Source: Orbicella franksi
Taxonomy: Eukaryota
Direction: 5' to 3'
Length of the DNA stretch: 64,000 nucleotides
Assembly: GCA_964199315.1 (NCBI GenBank)
Contig: OZ116700.1
Coordinates: forward strand, 15,934,001-15,998,000
In this document: positions 46,714 through 60,577 of the stretch, piece after piece
Layout: each line of letters opens with the position of its first letter
How positions within the stretch are numbered: position 1 is the stretch's first letter
Program-made: the position numbers and the translations under genes
The notes under the pieces: model-generated
What the model was told of the DNA's origin: nothing
The model's input: the letters and a program-made list of their open reading frames with translations, nothing else
Database searches by the model: none

Positions 46714-49480
46714 AAGATATCAGCCGTTGGACCAAGAGCCTACACCGCCACCTCGCCGTTCAACAAGAGAACGTAGACTTCCCTCACGATTCAACGACTT
46801 CCTTATGGAATGAACACTTTAATGACTTTCTTGCGGAGATGTAAAGACTTTGTTTACATGAACACTTTAGTTTAATGACTTTCTTGCGGAGATGTAAGGA
46901 CTTTGTTTACTCATGAACAGTTCAGAGAAATTATGTTTAGGTCCACTATATAATGGACATTCTATTATTGATTTTATCTTCCAAAAGGGGAAAGGTGTTA
47001 CACTATGCACATTCGCTTGCACCTTTGTATGTTTTAATCATATGCACTTGCACCTTAATTGCACTATACAACATTGTCACGCACGTATCCAGATAGCATG
47101 TATTTATTACTTGCAGCAACTTAATAAATTCAGTTTTTGAATGTGTTACCGAACGACAAACAATACCACAGCAGGGACATTCATGCGTGGGAGGGGGGGA
47201 TCTTGTTCTTTTCACCATTAGTAAAATGTACCTGTAAGGAGTGTATTGTGGATGGAAATGGGTTTTACCCAGAGATGAAATGCCAAGGTCAGCTTTATCG
47301 CTCTGCTCACCCTCTGACATGTGAATTTCATGCACTGCCTTATGAGATAGAGTGCGCTGAAAGGGCAAAAAAAGTACACAAGGTAATTGACCCTGATATG
47401 GGGAAGGGGCATTCAAATTTGCCAGAGGCCACTTTTAGTGTATTGACAAAATTTAGGGCCAAGGATACAAACCTCCATCAGAAACATTATCAAGCATCCA
47501 CCAATTTGGGCCTTCTTCAAGCAAACATGACATGGTGCTTCAAAGTGAAGGGGCCACAGTACCACTGGATTGTTGACTTATATTCCAGAATGGGACTCCC
47601 GATACTCAGTGGAATACAGAAAATGGTATGTTTATAGCTTTTATCACCTTGATTCTCTAACCAGAAAGTTACATGTTTTGAAGAGTTGATAAGTGAAAAA
47701 TTTCCCTGGCAACTGATCATAAATGTGGTCACTGAAGAAAGAAACTCTGGGGACATTTGAAGGTTATTTTTAATTTGTTTTGCATTAATTCTTTTTTTCA
47801 CAAGTGCTTAAATGACAATCAAGAGTGAATGAGATGTTTGGAGCGCTATAAAACAGATGCTGGAAAGAGGAAAAGGGTTCAGAGAAAAATCAACCGATCG
47901 GAGGAGCAAGAATTAAGGTGAATACTTATTATTTTGATGATCATGTTACATATAGAAAGTGTGTTCATGGTTAAATAACCAAATGCATACAGGAGAGGGT
48001 TTTTGGGAGAGATCTAAAGCTTATCCAGGCCATTTTTGAGTATGTTTGGGTAGCTATTGAAGGCAGAAGTCCCAGATGGACATAAATCCACAAAGTGATT
48101 GTCTTACTGGAATAGACTTTCTCTGGTGGTTTATAACCTTATGGAACATTGTTATCTTGGAATTTCATTATGGTACAATGATTGGCATGGAATTGACCCT
48201 TTTCATGGTCAATGGAACTGGCTTATGGGAAAAATATGATGCTATGACAACAGTAGGAACTTTTCATAGTAATGTATAGATTGAATTATAAATATAATCT
48301 GCTATCATTGGGCCAAACATAAATTGAATCTGAGAACAAGGAAAATATTGTGGCCAAGTTCTGTCAAATATTTTTAGTGCACTATAATACACTTTTCTGA
48401 TTACTTTTGAGCTGAAGGGAAGAGAGATTATGGTTGCCAATGGTTTTACCATTGTTTCATATTATCTGATGTTGATCTGTTGTTGTTGTTGTTTGTCTGG
48501 GAATAGGAAGAAGTATGTAAAGAGTTGTCAGATAAGACATAACTATGGAGAAGATGATGAAGCAAATCTATTTTGGTGGCAGAAAATCCTGTTCAGGCTG
48601 GATCGGAGTGTGACATCACAGTACCTGGAGATCATGTAGTTGACCCACCAGAAACAGCCACTGCGACTCTTGGAGGCAAGAAGTGTAAATGGTGTGGGAG
48701 TACCACCCACAGTCGAAAAACTCACAAGGATTGTCCTCATAATCCCAAAAATGCACCAACTTCTACATGAACATTGGGACTGCTAAACATTTTTAGTCAA
48801 TTGGTATGAAGGTGAGGATGGATTCACTAAAGAATTTTACGAGTCTTTTAATGATCTCATTTGGCAAGATCTGCTAAATTCTTATAATGCAGCTTTTCAA
48901 GGTGGGTCTTTATCTATTTCTCAAAGGAGGGGAATAATAACGTTAATACCAAAAGCTGATGGGGATCTGTCCGAACTTTCCAACTGGCGTCCAATATCAC
49001 TGCTAAATGCAATGTTACTGTCACGTCAGTAAATATAGTTAATGGAACGTGACCCTCGTAATCAGTAAGCCTTTCATGGCGGCGTTGTTTTCAATTAAGC
49101 TATTGTGTAGGCAAGCTCCCAAGGCCAAGCAGACTCTGAGATACATTGTATTCTAGCTCAAACATTATGGCTTTGTTACTGTTACGCCACAATATGTAAT
49201 AACTGACACAAAATGTAATAGTTACGCAAAATGTAATAACTTTCGACGCAAAATGTAATAACGTCGGTAACGGAAAATGTAACAACTTTTGACGCAAAAT
49301 GTAATAGCACAAAATGTAATAATGTTTTGGTTGGTATATGTTTGTTGGAAATATTCATTTATTTATTTTTTAATTATTATTTTTTATTTATTAAGATCGT
49401 AATAGGCACCCATCAGAGACTTGCCCTAGGCAAGAGTTTCAATATCAAGGCACAATTGATAGCAAAATCTTCCCACTTAA

Positions 49481-52400
49481 TGTCGGAAACGTCTTGTTAG
49501 CATGTTGCGTGACAAATAGGGCATGGCGATTTCACATTGATGTAAACTGAGCTAGTAGATAAGAATTAACAATCACCGGAAATTCTTGTGTGACCAAACT
49601 AAGATAGCTAATACAAGAATAGGATCGAGTAGAATTACGGACAGTTCGAGAATTGTACTTGATGTGATTAAATGGTGACTGTGTGATTAAAATACAAACG
49701 AAGACATCTTGTGACGTTTGGAGAGCACTAAGGTAGAGGGGACATTCTCCAAACGTGGCACCTCCGACGGGACCGCTATCTACATGGTTGTGAGTATAAT
49801 TTAGTCCTAAATTCTATTTAAACCTACGCTTCCGACGGAGATGGAGAATGCAAAGGGAAAACTGCAAACGAAACTTACGCAACTAGAAATCCATGCTAAG
49901 AGAACGGAACAAGTGCTAGATTCGGGATCTGTAGATGCTATCGAGAGACATACGGGAGCATTAAGGTCTACAATATCTGAAGCGGACGAGTTAAAGCGTG
50001 TGTTGGAAGCCTTAAAGATAGAAGCAAAGGAAGATCTTGGTGACATAGGCACGTGGAATGCCGCGATTGACCTTCAGTTGCTGAAAGCTGACGAAGAGGT
50101 TGAGAAGCTTCGCAAATGGCTCGAAGACAGAAGACGCCAAGAGACGACCGCGCGTGAACATCAACTCAAATTCGAGATGAAGCTGCATGAAGAAAAGATG
50201 AAACTTCAGACCAATCTCACTACGAAAGAGAGCCACGAGGGAGGCGGGTCACCTAAACAAACACAAGCGAAGCTACCAAAGATCGAGATTAAAAGGTTCG
50301 AAGGCTCTTCCTTGGATTGGCCGAGGTTCTGGGGTCAGTTCACGGAGACGATCGACAAGGCCGAAATAGCACCTATCAATAAATTTACCTATTTATGTGG
50401 GCTACTGGGTCCAAAGGTTAAAGCCGCTGTGGAAGCCTTGCCATTTACAGCTGAGGGTTATAATAGAGCCAAGTTGATATTACTAAGCAATTATGGGAAG
50501 GAATCCGAAGTAACAAAGGCGTACGTCAAAGAAATAATGGCTCTCCCTGTCATCACAAGCGCCAACCCTAGGAGGATAAGCGAGTTTAGCGAAACATTCA
50601 CGTACTGTGTCCAAGCGCTGGAAACAATGAATAAACTCAGTGAAGTTAATGGAAACATACCAATGACACTGGATAAACTGCCAGCAATTCGGGGAGACCT
50701 AGTATGAATGGATCCGGAATGGGAGAAATGGAATTTCGTTCAGTTGTCAGAGGCAGTAAGACTTTGGACAAAAAGAAACCTGGTTGAAGAACGAGAAACA
50801 TCGGAGCAACTTAATTCCAAACGTGACCACTCAAATAAGCTCTTCCAAGCACGTGGTGGCGATGGTAAGCCAAACAAATGCGTTTATTGTAGTGATGTGA
50901 CGCACAGATCGTCGGAATGCCAGAAGATCTCAACCGTGGACGAACGAAAGCAGTTTCTTGCGAAAAAGAAGTTATGTTTTAATTGTGCAACACCGAATCA
51001 CCGCGCCGCAGAGTGTTTCAGCAAGAAAACATGTTTACATTGTCACAAACGCCATCACTCTTCGATATGTGATCGTGAACAAACAGACAGCGGGAAGCAG
51101 ACGTTGATGACAGCCAGTGAGAACAATGAAGGAATCATGCCAGTCTTAACAGTAAAGGTCGATGGTATTACCTGTCGCGCGTTGATAGATACCGGCGCGG
51201 GGAGCTCATATGCATCTGCGAAGCTGTTGGATCTCCTAAAGAAAAAGCCAAGTGAAACGAAAACAAAACGTGCGCATATGCTAATCAAAAGTAACCAAAC
51301 TAGAAGTGTACGACACCGTCGTAGAATCCTTAGACAGGAGTTATCAGATGTCTGTAAAACTGACGAGAGTGAACAAAGCAGAGCTATTGTCGATTGACAA
51401 CCCAAACTACAGACAATTGATAAACAAGTACCCGCATTTGCACGGAGTCAAAATCACAGACCGTGACAAGAAGGACCAACTTCCCATACATGTTGTACTA
51501 GGAAGCGGGGAATATGCGCGCGTAAAAACTGAGACAAAGCCTCAAATTGGACAGGATGGGGAACTGGTGGCGGAGAAAACTAAACTGGGATGGTTTATCA
51601 TGAGTCCTGGATCAGAATTTGACCACAACACGATGCTGCTGACGCAAACATCACAGAGCGACTACGAGGACCTGTGCAGGCTTGACATACTAGGGCTTGC
51701 AGACACACCAGAACATGACCAGAGCATAGTGCATGCAGAATTTAAGGAAAAACTACAACGCTCACCGGAAGGATGGTATGAAACCGGACTACCATGGCGA
51801 GGTAATCATCCAGACCTATCAACAAACGAACAAGGAAGTATACGACACCTGTCAAGTCTGACCAGAAAACTGCAGCACATTAACCTCACCGATGAGTACG
51901 ATGCCATTATACGAGAACAACTCCAGAACAAAGTAGTTGAAGTTGCACCAGAAGAAATCGTGGGGAAAGAATTCTACATCCCACACAAAGCAGTGGTTAG
52001 AGAAACGGCTGAAACGACCAAGATGCGCATAGTCTATGATGCTTCTGCAAGAGCAACGCCTGAGTCACCGTCGCTGAACGAGTGCCTTTATCCTGGCCCT
52101 CCATTGCAAAACAAGCTTTGGGACATACTAGTGAGACAGAGAGCATACCCCATAGCTGTAACTGCAGACATCCAGAAAGCCTTCTTGCAAATACGAATCC
52201 AAGAGTGTGAACGTGATGCATTAAGATTCCATTGGAGGAAAAGTGAACACGGGAAGTTAGAGATACTACGTTTCACTCGTGCGCTGTTCGGTCTAGCCCC
52301 ATCGCCCTTTCTACTCAGTGGCGTAATCGAAGTTCATTTAGATGCTTGGGAAGAACGAGAACCAGAGATAGTGGCAGAGCTTCGACGCAGCTTGTATGTC

Positions 52401-55400
52401 GATGATCTACTCACCGGTGGACGAAATACAAGCCAGGCCCAGCAGCGTAAAGAGAAAGCCGTTCAGATATTCAGCGACGCAACGTTCCAACTCCACAAGT
52501 GGCATTCCAACGTCAAACAGCTAGAGGAAGATCCAAACCTGATCGTCCCCCCTGAAGAGCAGTCATTTGCCAAACAACAACTAAATGTTAAACCAAGTGA
52601 ATCTAAGATGTTGGGACTCAAGTGGGACAAACAGCATGACACCTTAGCGGTAGTGATACCCAAAGAAGAAACCCAGCCAACCAAGCGAGGAATCCTGGGA
52701 AAGATGGCTAAGATTTATGATCCCTTAGGCCTGATTGCACCATTGACGCTCACTGCAAAGCAGATTTATCGTGAGTTGTGTGAAACCAAAGTACAATGGG
52801 ATGCGAAGATCAACGGAGAACTCCTACGGCGCTGCAAAAAATGGGAGGAGCAATTACCTCGTGAACAGCAAGTACCGCGATCAATAGCACGATATCAAGA
52901 AGCAGTACAAGAAGTGGAACTACACTCTTTCGGGGACGCATCAGAACGAGGAGTAGGAGCGGCAGTCTATGCAGTTGTACGCCAACCATCAGGCAACACT
53001 CAACGATTAGTGGTCGCCAAGAGTCGACTTGCTAAACAGGGACTGACTATTCCACGCCTAGAATTGATTGCAGCGCACATGGCTACCAATCTATTGATAA
53101 ACGTGCGGAACGCCCTAGATAACGTGCCCTCCCCAAAGGTGTTTGGATCGTTAGACAGCACCGTCGCACTTCATTGGATCAAGGGAAATGGCCAGTACAA
53201 ACAGTTTGTCGCGCATCGAGTTGCCAAGATACAATTACACAAGGAGATCGAGTGGAGGTACGTTCCTACGGATGAAAACCCTGCAGACCTAGCGAGCAGA
53301 GGTGCTCCAGTTCAATCAGCACTTTGGCAACAGGGACCGGCGTGGCTCCAGGACAAGTCCAAGTGGCCAATCAACCCAGTCACTCGATCGTCACCAGCAT
53401 CAGAAATGGAAGCCAAAGTCATTAGGGAAGTGCTCCACCTAGCGCAAACCAAACCAGAGCCAGACGAGTTCGACGAACTCCTCGAACGCAACAGCTTGCG
53501 CCGAACTTTAAGAGTCGGCACATGGATCAAGAGATTCATCCATAACTGCAAGCGTAAAGAGAAGAAACTTGGGCCCCTACTCACAGAATAGAAGACGTAC
53601 GTGGTTGGTGGATTAAGCGAGTCCAACGGCGAGACAGAGAAACCACGGACTACCCTCAAATTAGCGGGCAACTCAACCTGAAACCCAATGAAGAGGGAGT
53701 AATGACCTGCCACGGCCGGATACAAGGGCAAACTCCGATATACCTACCGAACAGTGCAAGTTTTACAGGAAAACTGGTCCAACAAGTTCATTGCGCGACG
53801 CTGCATGTGGGAGTCGCTCTGACAATGGCAGCAGTGAGAGAGAGATACTGGGTACCGAAGCTTCGTAGCTTGGTCAAATCGGTCCGAAGTAAGTGCTATG
53901 GTTGCAAGAGATTCAATGCAACTCCAGCAAGAAACCCAATACCTGGTCAGTTACCGGAAGATCGGACCACAGTTGACGCTGCATTTGAAGTCATCGGTAC
54001 AGATTTCGCTGGGCCAGTGAAGTACAAACAGGGAAAGAAAAGTCAAGGAAACGCCTACCTGGCTATCTTCACTTGCAGCCTTTCAAGGGCTATACACTTA
54101 GAGTTAATGGCCAGCCTGGAGACGGACAACTTTATCCCATGTCTCAAGCGTTTCATCGCTCGTCGTGGACGACCACGGGTCATCTACTCAGATAATGGCG
54201 GTACCTTCATCAAAGCTGAGAAATGGCTACGGGAGTTACGAAAGGATAAGTGTCTCCAGGGTCTTCTAGAACAACACGAGATCTCATGGAAATTCAACTT
54301 GAGCCGTGCCCCTTGGTGGGGGGGTCAGTTTGAGAGATTAATTGGAGTCGTGAAATCTTCCATGTTCAAAGCTATTGGTGGAGCCACTCTAACCTGGTCT
54401 GAGCTCAGTGAAGTGCTACTCGATGTTGAAACGCAGATTAATCGCCGCCCATTAAGCTATGTGGAAGACGACGTCGAGTTACCAATCTTAACGCCCGCAA
54501 CCTTCTTGTACCAGCGAACAAACCAGTTACCAGAAGAGGAGACCTGGAGGATAACAGATCGAGACATCCGGAGGCGTGCTAAGTATCTGCGAACCTGCAA
54601 GGACAAGATGTGGAGTCGCTGGCAGAGAGAATACCTTACAGCACTAAGAGAAAGACACAACCTGACGCACGCAGTGACCAAGTTCCAACCTAGGAAAGGA
54701 GACGTCGTCATAGTGAAAACCGACAGCAAGAATCGTGGAACATGGCCGCTGGCCATAGTGAATGAAGTGTACCCGGGCAGCGACGGCGTCATACGCGCGG
54801 TTCAACTCAAAACCGCGAAAAGCATGCTGGAACGACCAGTACAACATTTGTACCCATTGGAACTCGAGTGTGATCTCAACACTCCAGTGGCAGACCCGCG
54901 CTTAAACCCACAGGCTCAGGATTTCCGTCCTAAAAGAGAGCAGCATCAGCAGCAAGGGTACGAATGAAACAACTTGCGGATGCTGAGCAATGTGAACTAT
55001 GAACAGAAATCAAACAAGTTGCGGATGTTGAACAATGTGAAATACGAACGGTAAATCAGTTCGTGAAAACTGATCCATTAGCAGTAGAATATATCATTGT
55101 TTTCTTTGAGGGAATCAGTACACAGCCTGAACTGTGAATTTTGAAATCGTCAATAGGAAGTGACGTTGATCGAGGACTGATTATCGTTTTGTTACCGCTC
55201 ATATGTGATTTAATAGTTCAAGACTCAAATCACGTGATTGAAACAGAATTATGACATATGCTTCGATAGCGAACCATATGAGGGGAGTGTGTGTCGGAAA
55301 CGTCTTGTTAGCATGTTGCGTGACAAATAGGGCATGGCGATTTCACATTGATGTAAACTGAGCTAGTAGATAAGAATTAACAATTACCGGAAATTCCTGT

Positions 55401-55564
55401 GTGACCAAACTAAGATAGCTAATACAAGAATAGGATCGAGTAGAATTACGGACAGTTCGAGAATTGTACTTGATGTGATTAAATGGTGACTGTGTGATTA
55501 AAATACAAACGAAGACATCTCGTGACTTTTGGAGAGCACTAAAGTAGAGGGGACATTCTCCAAA
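49481..55564 (+). mobile_element. BEL/Pao LTR retrotransposon
   Basis: 273-bp LTRs 49481-49753 and 55292-55564 (about 5 differences by eye) and a purine tract before the 3' LTR. TTAA flanks both sides. Confidence 0.93.
49841..54967 (+). pseudogene. BEL/Pao gag-pol (gag, protease, RT, RNase H, integrase)
   Basis: KLPKIEIKRFEG gag, triple Cys knuckle, LIDTGAGSSY, ADIQKAF, LYVDDL, FGDASE, GTDFAGP, SDNGGTF and GGQFERL. Stops at about 50705 and 53589, frameshift at about 51300. Confidence 0.93.
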
Positions 55565-57179
55565 TTAAAATGATTGAATTCCCATGCACATCTTTAAATT
55601 AAGCTGTACACTAAGATCTTAAAGAACCTGATTTTATACATAAATGATAACTCGGAAAATAATTGGAAGTAAGGGATGGCTTGTGCAAGAATATAAAAGA
55701 ATATGCCATTTTATCAATGTAGGGTAAGGGATATAAATATATCTAAAATATATCTGCTTAAGACAATGTTAGAGCAACATTGCCATTTTGTTAACGTTAA
55801 TTGTTTCATGTGGCAGGAAACGCAACTTTCCATCCATGTATGACAAACTTTCCTTAATCCAGATGCTTTGGAGAACATTATAGAAACAACAGTGGGGAGA
55901 TATCCACAGATGCAGCAGACCCTGAGAGCTGTTTCAAGGTTTTTCAAATGGATCGTCCACAACGTACCTCTTCCACAAATTTACCTTCCAGAGCTAGCAG
56001 ATGTTGCCGACATACACCAGCTAAGCATACAAAAAATAATAAACATAAAGGGAAAGAACAGTGGAGCAGTAATCACTCTAAAACACATAATTAATGCTAA
56101 GAACTGGACAAACACCTGAGTTCGCTTAGTAGCTTACAGCTATGGGTGGTACGGTGTCTCCAAGATCTACTGGAGAACCCGCAATTAAAAGAGCCCTGAA
56201 ATAGTTTAAAGTTTAAGTTTCAGTTTACATTTTCAAGTTTCATTTTTCCTTCCTCAGAGTTGCAGTTAGATTTCGTTCGAAATAAGATTTTCATCAATTT
56301 AAAATATATATGCATAATTCTTTTACCAATTTTTATTTTAAAAAATGGAGCTGACTCGCTTCTAGCGTGACATTGCAAGACGTTAAATTGGACAAAGTCG
56401 CTTGTTTGTTAGTACGTTAATTAGTGTGACAATATAACGGATAAAGAATTGAATGATATTTCATTGTTGCTATATAAAGTTAGCATATATACCATTACAA
56501 ATCATAGTTTTTGTACCTTAATTTCAAAATAAAGAAAGGCATGTGTTATTTGGAGGGCTTTTTTGTATGAAAAAATACTTTTCTATAGGAATTTCACGAG
56601 AGTTCACCTATTCACCATTTTTCCCCTGGAAAAATCAAAGTAGCCTTTTGGAAAAACTCGTGGCGTCCGCCAGTTTTAAAAAAAGACAGATGTTCTGTTC
56701 CTTACCCACATGTAATTCCTTATATTTCGAACAAACATATACCAACCAAAACATTATTACATTTTGTGCTATTACATTTTGCATTACTTCTATGTATTAC
56801 ATTTTGCGTTACCGACATTATTACATTTTGCGTTGAAAGTTATTACATTTTGCGTTACTATTACATTTTGTGGCAAAGGTTATTACACTTTGCGTTACTA
56901 TTACATTTTGTGTCAGTTATTACATTTTGTGGCGTAACAGTTACCTCTAGCATATTATAACGATCGATAGCATTGGCCAAAAATATTAAAGCACTATTCA
57001 TGGCTAAGAGTATACACGTGTAATGCTAAGCTGTCCGGTAGTACAGCTCTTTCTACTGGCCTTCCCAGCAGACAAGCGTCTAGCTATAAAAGCTCAAACA
57101 AACTGTTCAGAGTTCACTTTGGTGTTCTGTTGTACAGCACAGTTAGCACTTGCTATACTATTGTTAAAAATTTGTTTCT

Positions 57180-59594
57180 CATGGCTCACCGCTTACACCG
57201 TGCTTTGAACACAAACCCGGGAGAGGATCTCTCAAAGCTTTCCAGCGAGGTCCTCAAACTCCATTTACAAGCCCTCAATCTTCCAATCACGGGCTCTAAA
57301 GGACACCTACTTAGCCGTCTCAAGCGGGCTACGCAGGGTAACGCGGCTGCACCACGGCGAAAGCCACAAAAATGTCTGTCTCAGCCCAAAGCTCGGCGTG
57401 GGCGCTCAGTGAAAAGGACCGCCATCGAGTCGCAACCATCTGCCGAAGCTGTAAACCTTCTACGCAGGCGAAATGTGCCATCAAGACTCGAGCACAAGCA
57501 GGAAGACAGCGCCCTGTCGGACACAGCCTCCTTGTCCTCGATCGAGGAGATGTTGGAGTCCGATCCCGAGCTGGACATCCCAATTCTACCAAGTTCCCAA
57601 CAGGACACCGGCTTCAGTCCCGTCCAGTGTTCAGCGATCGAAGCGATCGTGACACAATCGGTACACTCTGCATTCTCCGCGTTCCGTACACCACCCACAA
57701 CAACTCCAAGCCCATTCACTCCTGGCATGGCTTCTCCTCTGGGTCTCTCGAGGCCAGTAGATAAAAGCTTGGAGGACAAGATACTCAGGGAAAACCGCGT
57801 CATTCCCAAACTGTGTGCTTCGACTTCAACAAGTCCTCCGGTTGCCAGCACCGCAACTCCAGCTACCCGCACGTGTGTTGCGGCTGCTACTCCAGTGACC
57901 ACATTGCCCCAGACTGCACCAGGCAACAGTCCAGCCCCACTAGCAAGACCACGAAGCCCAGCGAGCGTAGCAAGTAAAGTAGAGCAGCAACGGAGCCAGC
58001 AGAAGCCACTAGTATCCTCCCCTATTGTCATTTCTCGCTTAGAATTAGAGTTAACTAATCATCCTGATCGTAATTTCGTTTTTAATTTGCTAAGTACGCT
58101 TAAGGAGGGCGCTCGCATTGGTTACTCCGGGCCGCATTCAGACCGGGTCTCCCCTAACCTTATTTTGGCAGTACAGAACCCGGATGTAGTTTCCTTGAAT
58201 CTGCAAAAGGAAGTAGCTCTTGGGAGTGTAGCGGGTCCCCACCACTCCCCGCCCCTGCCCAAGTTTCAGTGTCACCCGATGGGCGTGGTTCCCAAAAAAC
58301 ATTCAACTGACTGGCGCACTATCTACCACCTCTCCTACCCCCAGGGCGATAGCATTAACGATTACATTCCAAAGGACCCCTATTCCCTTAGTTATGTCCG
58401 GGTTGACGATGCCATCCATATTCTCCAGTCCCTGGGAAGGGGAGCCTACATGGCAAGACTGATCTTAAATCAGCCTTCCGCCTGATACCAATTCATCTGG
58501 AGGACTGGAGCTTGCTGGGTATCCACTGGCAATCCCAATACTATGTAGACATGTACTTACCCGTTGGGCTTCGAAGCGCCCCGTTCCTTTTCAATCAGCT
58601 GTCGGACGGGCTTGAATGGATCCTTAAAAGTAACTATGGCCTCCAGCATGTTATTCACATCCTGGACGACTTCTTCAATGCCAAACGGTCCAAATTGGCA
58701 TGTTTATCTAGCTTTAGCACTCTGCTACAGGTGTTCATGTCCCTCAAGGCCCCTGTCGTAGCATCCAAGACAATAGGCCCCTCTCAGGAGATTGAGTTCG
58801 TGGGAATTGTTTTAGACAGCATCCGCATGGAGGCCCGCTTACCACAGGATAAACTCTCCAGGATTAATGAACTGTTGAATTCTTTCAAAATACGTCACTC
58901 AGTACGCCTGGTCGAGTTACAATCCCTCATTGGGACTCTTCAGTTTGCATGCAAGGTGGTGGTGCCCGGGAGAACCTTCCTTCAGCGGGCAATTAATTTG
59001 ACCAGGGGGGTCCCAAGCCGCTTTCACCACATACGGCTTAATAAGGAGTTCTTTAAGGATCTGGAAATGTGGAAAGTTTTTCTCTTAACCTGGAACGGGC
59101 GTTCCTTTTTTCTAGAGTCTTCCCATACCCCAGCTCAGAATCTAGAGCTCTACACCGATGCCGCGGGCTCTATAGGCTTCGGTGGCTATTTCCAGGGAAG
59201 GTGGTTTCAGGGTCGCTGGCCTCCCCACATGCTTTTGAACCAAAAACGGGGAATAAGTATTGAATGGCAAGAACTCTTTCCCATCGTTGTCGCTTGCGCC
59301 ATGTGGCACCCCTCTCTTGCCGGGAAACGCCTTCAATCCTGGTGTGACAATATATCGGTCGTGTCTATTATAAATTCGTGGCATTCCAAAGTACCACGCA
59401 TCATGGACTTGGTCAGGCGGCTCGTGCTCCTTTCTATGCAGCACAACTTTGTAGTCCGGGCTCGCCATGTCCCTGGGGTTTCAAATGAGATTGCTGATGC
59501 ACTCTCCTGCTTTCAGATGCAGCGCTTCCAGGCCCTCGCTCCCGATGCCGACCAGAGTCCTTGTATCATCCCGCCTTCACTAATGACCCTTTGA
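57180..59594 (+). pseudogene. Ngaro ORF1 remnant (SAP-like N-terminus) fused by deletion to RT/RNase H
   Basis: LSSEVLKLHLQALNLPITGSKGHLLSRL; PMGVVPKK, LPVGLRSAPFLF, HILDDFF, YTDAAG, ELFPIVVA and NEIADALS. Frameshift at about 58460. Confidence 0.88.
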
Positions 59595-60577
59595 GGGAGG
59601 AAGTCCTGACGTATGCCACCTGGGGTCTTGCCTAGAACACAAATCGAGCTTACAGCTGTGGGGAAAAGCGCTTCCTAGAATTTTGCCTGATGAATCGCCT
59701 CCTAGGCCCAGACGGGGACATATTACCTGCCTCCGAAGGGACACTGGTTTATTTTGCATCCTATCTAGCTAGAACAGTGCGTCATAGCACTATTAAACTC
59801 TACCTAGCGGCCGTTCATAATCTTCACATTACGGCAGGGTTTAACGACCCCCTTAAGGGTAAGCTCCTTCTCCAGAAAGTCCTGCGTGGCATTCTTCGCT
59901 ACCAGGGAGACCAGCGCATCCGTCGCCAACCAGTAACTCCTCGGATGCTTTTAGCTATTTGTCCCGTCTTGCGGTCATGGCTTAGTCCGTGAGATTTTTC
60001 TATGATATGGGCCGCTTTTAATTTGGTGTTTTTCGCCTTTCTCCATTGCAGCGAGTTTACATACGCAGGGGTTCATCAATTTAACCAACACTTTGATCTT
60101 TGTACTGATTGCATAGCCTTTCATCCCAACCTGGCAAGCCCACAGCGTATGACGGTACATCTCAAGTTGTCAAAAGCTGACATATCTAGGCAAGGGCAGT
60201 TCCTCACCATAGCCGGTACCTCGTCAGCCCTTTGCGCGGTTACGGCCATGCAAAAGTACTTTCTTCTAGCTAGGCCAAAACAGGGGCCATTGTTTTACTT
60301 CCAGTCAGGTCGCTATCTTACCCGGGGTGTGGTGTCGAACCTCCTTAAGGACAGTTCTAGAGTTGCCGGCCTCCCTTATAAGTGTCTTTAAGGCCATAGC
60401 TTTCGCATAGGTGCGGTGTCAGTCACAGCCGCCGCTGGCTTGCCGGACTGGCTTACTAAACTTCTAGGTCGCTGGTCCTCAGATTGCTACCAGCTTTATA
60501 TTAGAACTCGTCAATCTACATTAGAGTCGGTCGCCCCCAGGATGGCTAATGTTTCGGGGGATTTCTCACCGATCTAA
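59590..60577 (+). pseudogene. Tyrosine recombinase of the Ngaro element
   Basis: STIKLYLAAV, FFAFLHCSEF, KLSKAD, GHSFRIGA and LGRWSSDCYQLYIR. Several stops and frameshifts. Confidence 0.9.

Larger units (their letters stand above)
42213..47162 (+). mobile_element. Gypsy/Ty3 LTR retrotransposon with internal inversion
   Basis: 167-bp LTRs 42213-42379 and 46996-47162 (TG..CA, 2 differences by eye), 4-bp TSD ATAC, PBS after the 5' LTR and PPT AAAAGGGGAAAGG before the 3' LTR. Confidence 0.95.
37670..48770 (+). mobile_element. Second Kolobok-type transposon (Kolobok-2); right end not found in window
   Basis: Candidate left end TTAA|GGTATTCCTGGAGG exactly where the kinase frame breaks, with a Kolobok-type transposase downstream. 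No partner TIR seen. Confidence 0.55.
39636..48770 (+). pseudogene. Kolobok-type transposase with MBD-like first exon, split by a Gypsy insertion
   Basis: Exons 39636-40019, 40256-40371, 41233-42212/47167-47625, about 47811-47917 and 48511-48770. Motifs CCDGCWLIRGHFSQN, WQDADSS, LCGGHVGRAH, GHSNLPEATF and CKWCGSTTH...CP. The frame rejoins as GKY|HSRDIH across the insertion. Confidence 0.88.
49180..56939. mobile_element. Non-autonomous Ginger-type TIR element (about 1.7 kb of own sequence)
   Basis: TGTTACGCCAC...GTGGCGTAACA termini, 5-bp TSD GTTAC and TIRs built from GCAAAATGTAATA subrepeats. The empty site is preserved in repeat A2 at about 61101. Confidence 0.88.

Noticed and set aside
55690-56120. 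ORFs inside the non-autonomous Ginger-type element
   Set aside because: Short frames on both strands without integrase or other motifs.
57381-58031. Long antisense ORFs (also 13019-13390, 12514-12819, 44386-44697, 32730-33179)
   Set aside because: Shadow frames of well-supported TE genes on the opposite strand, with no independent motifs.
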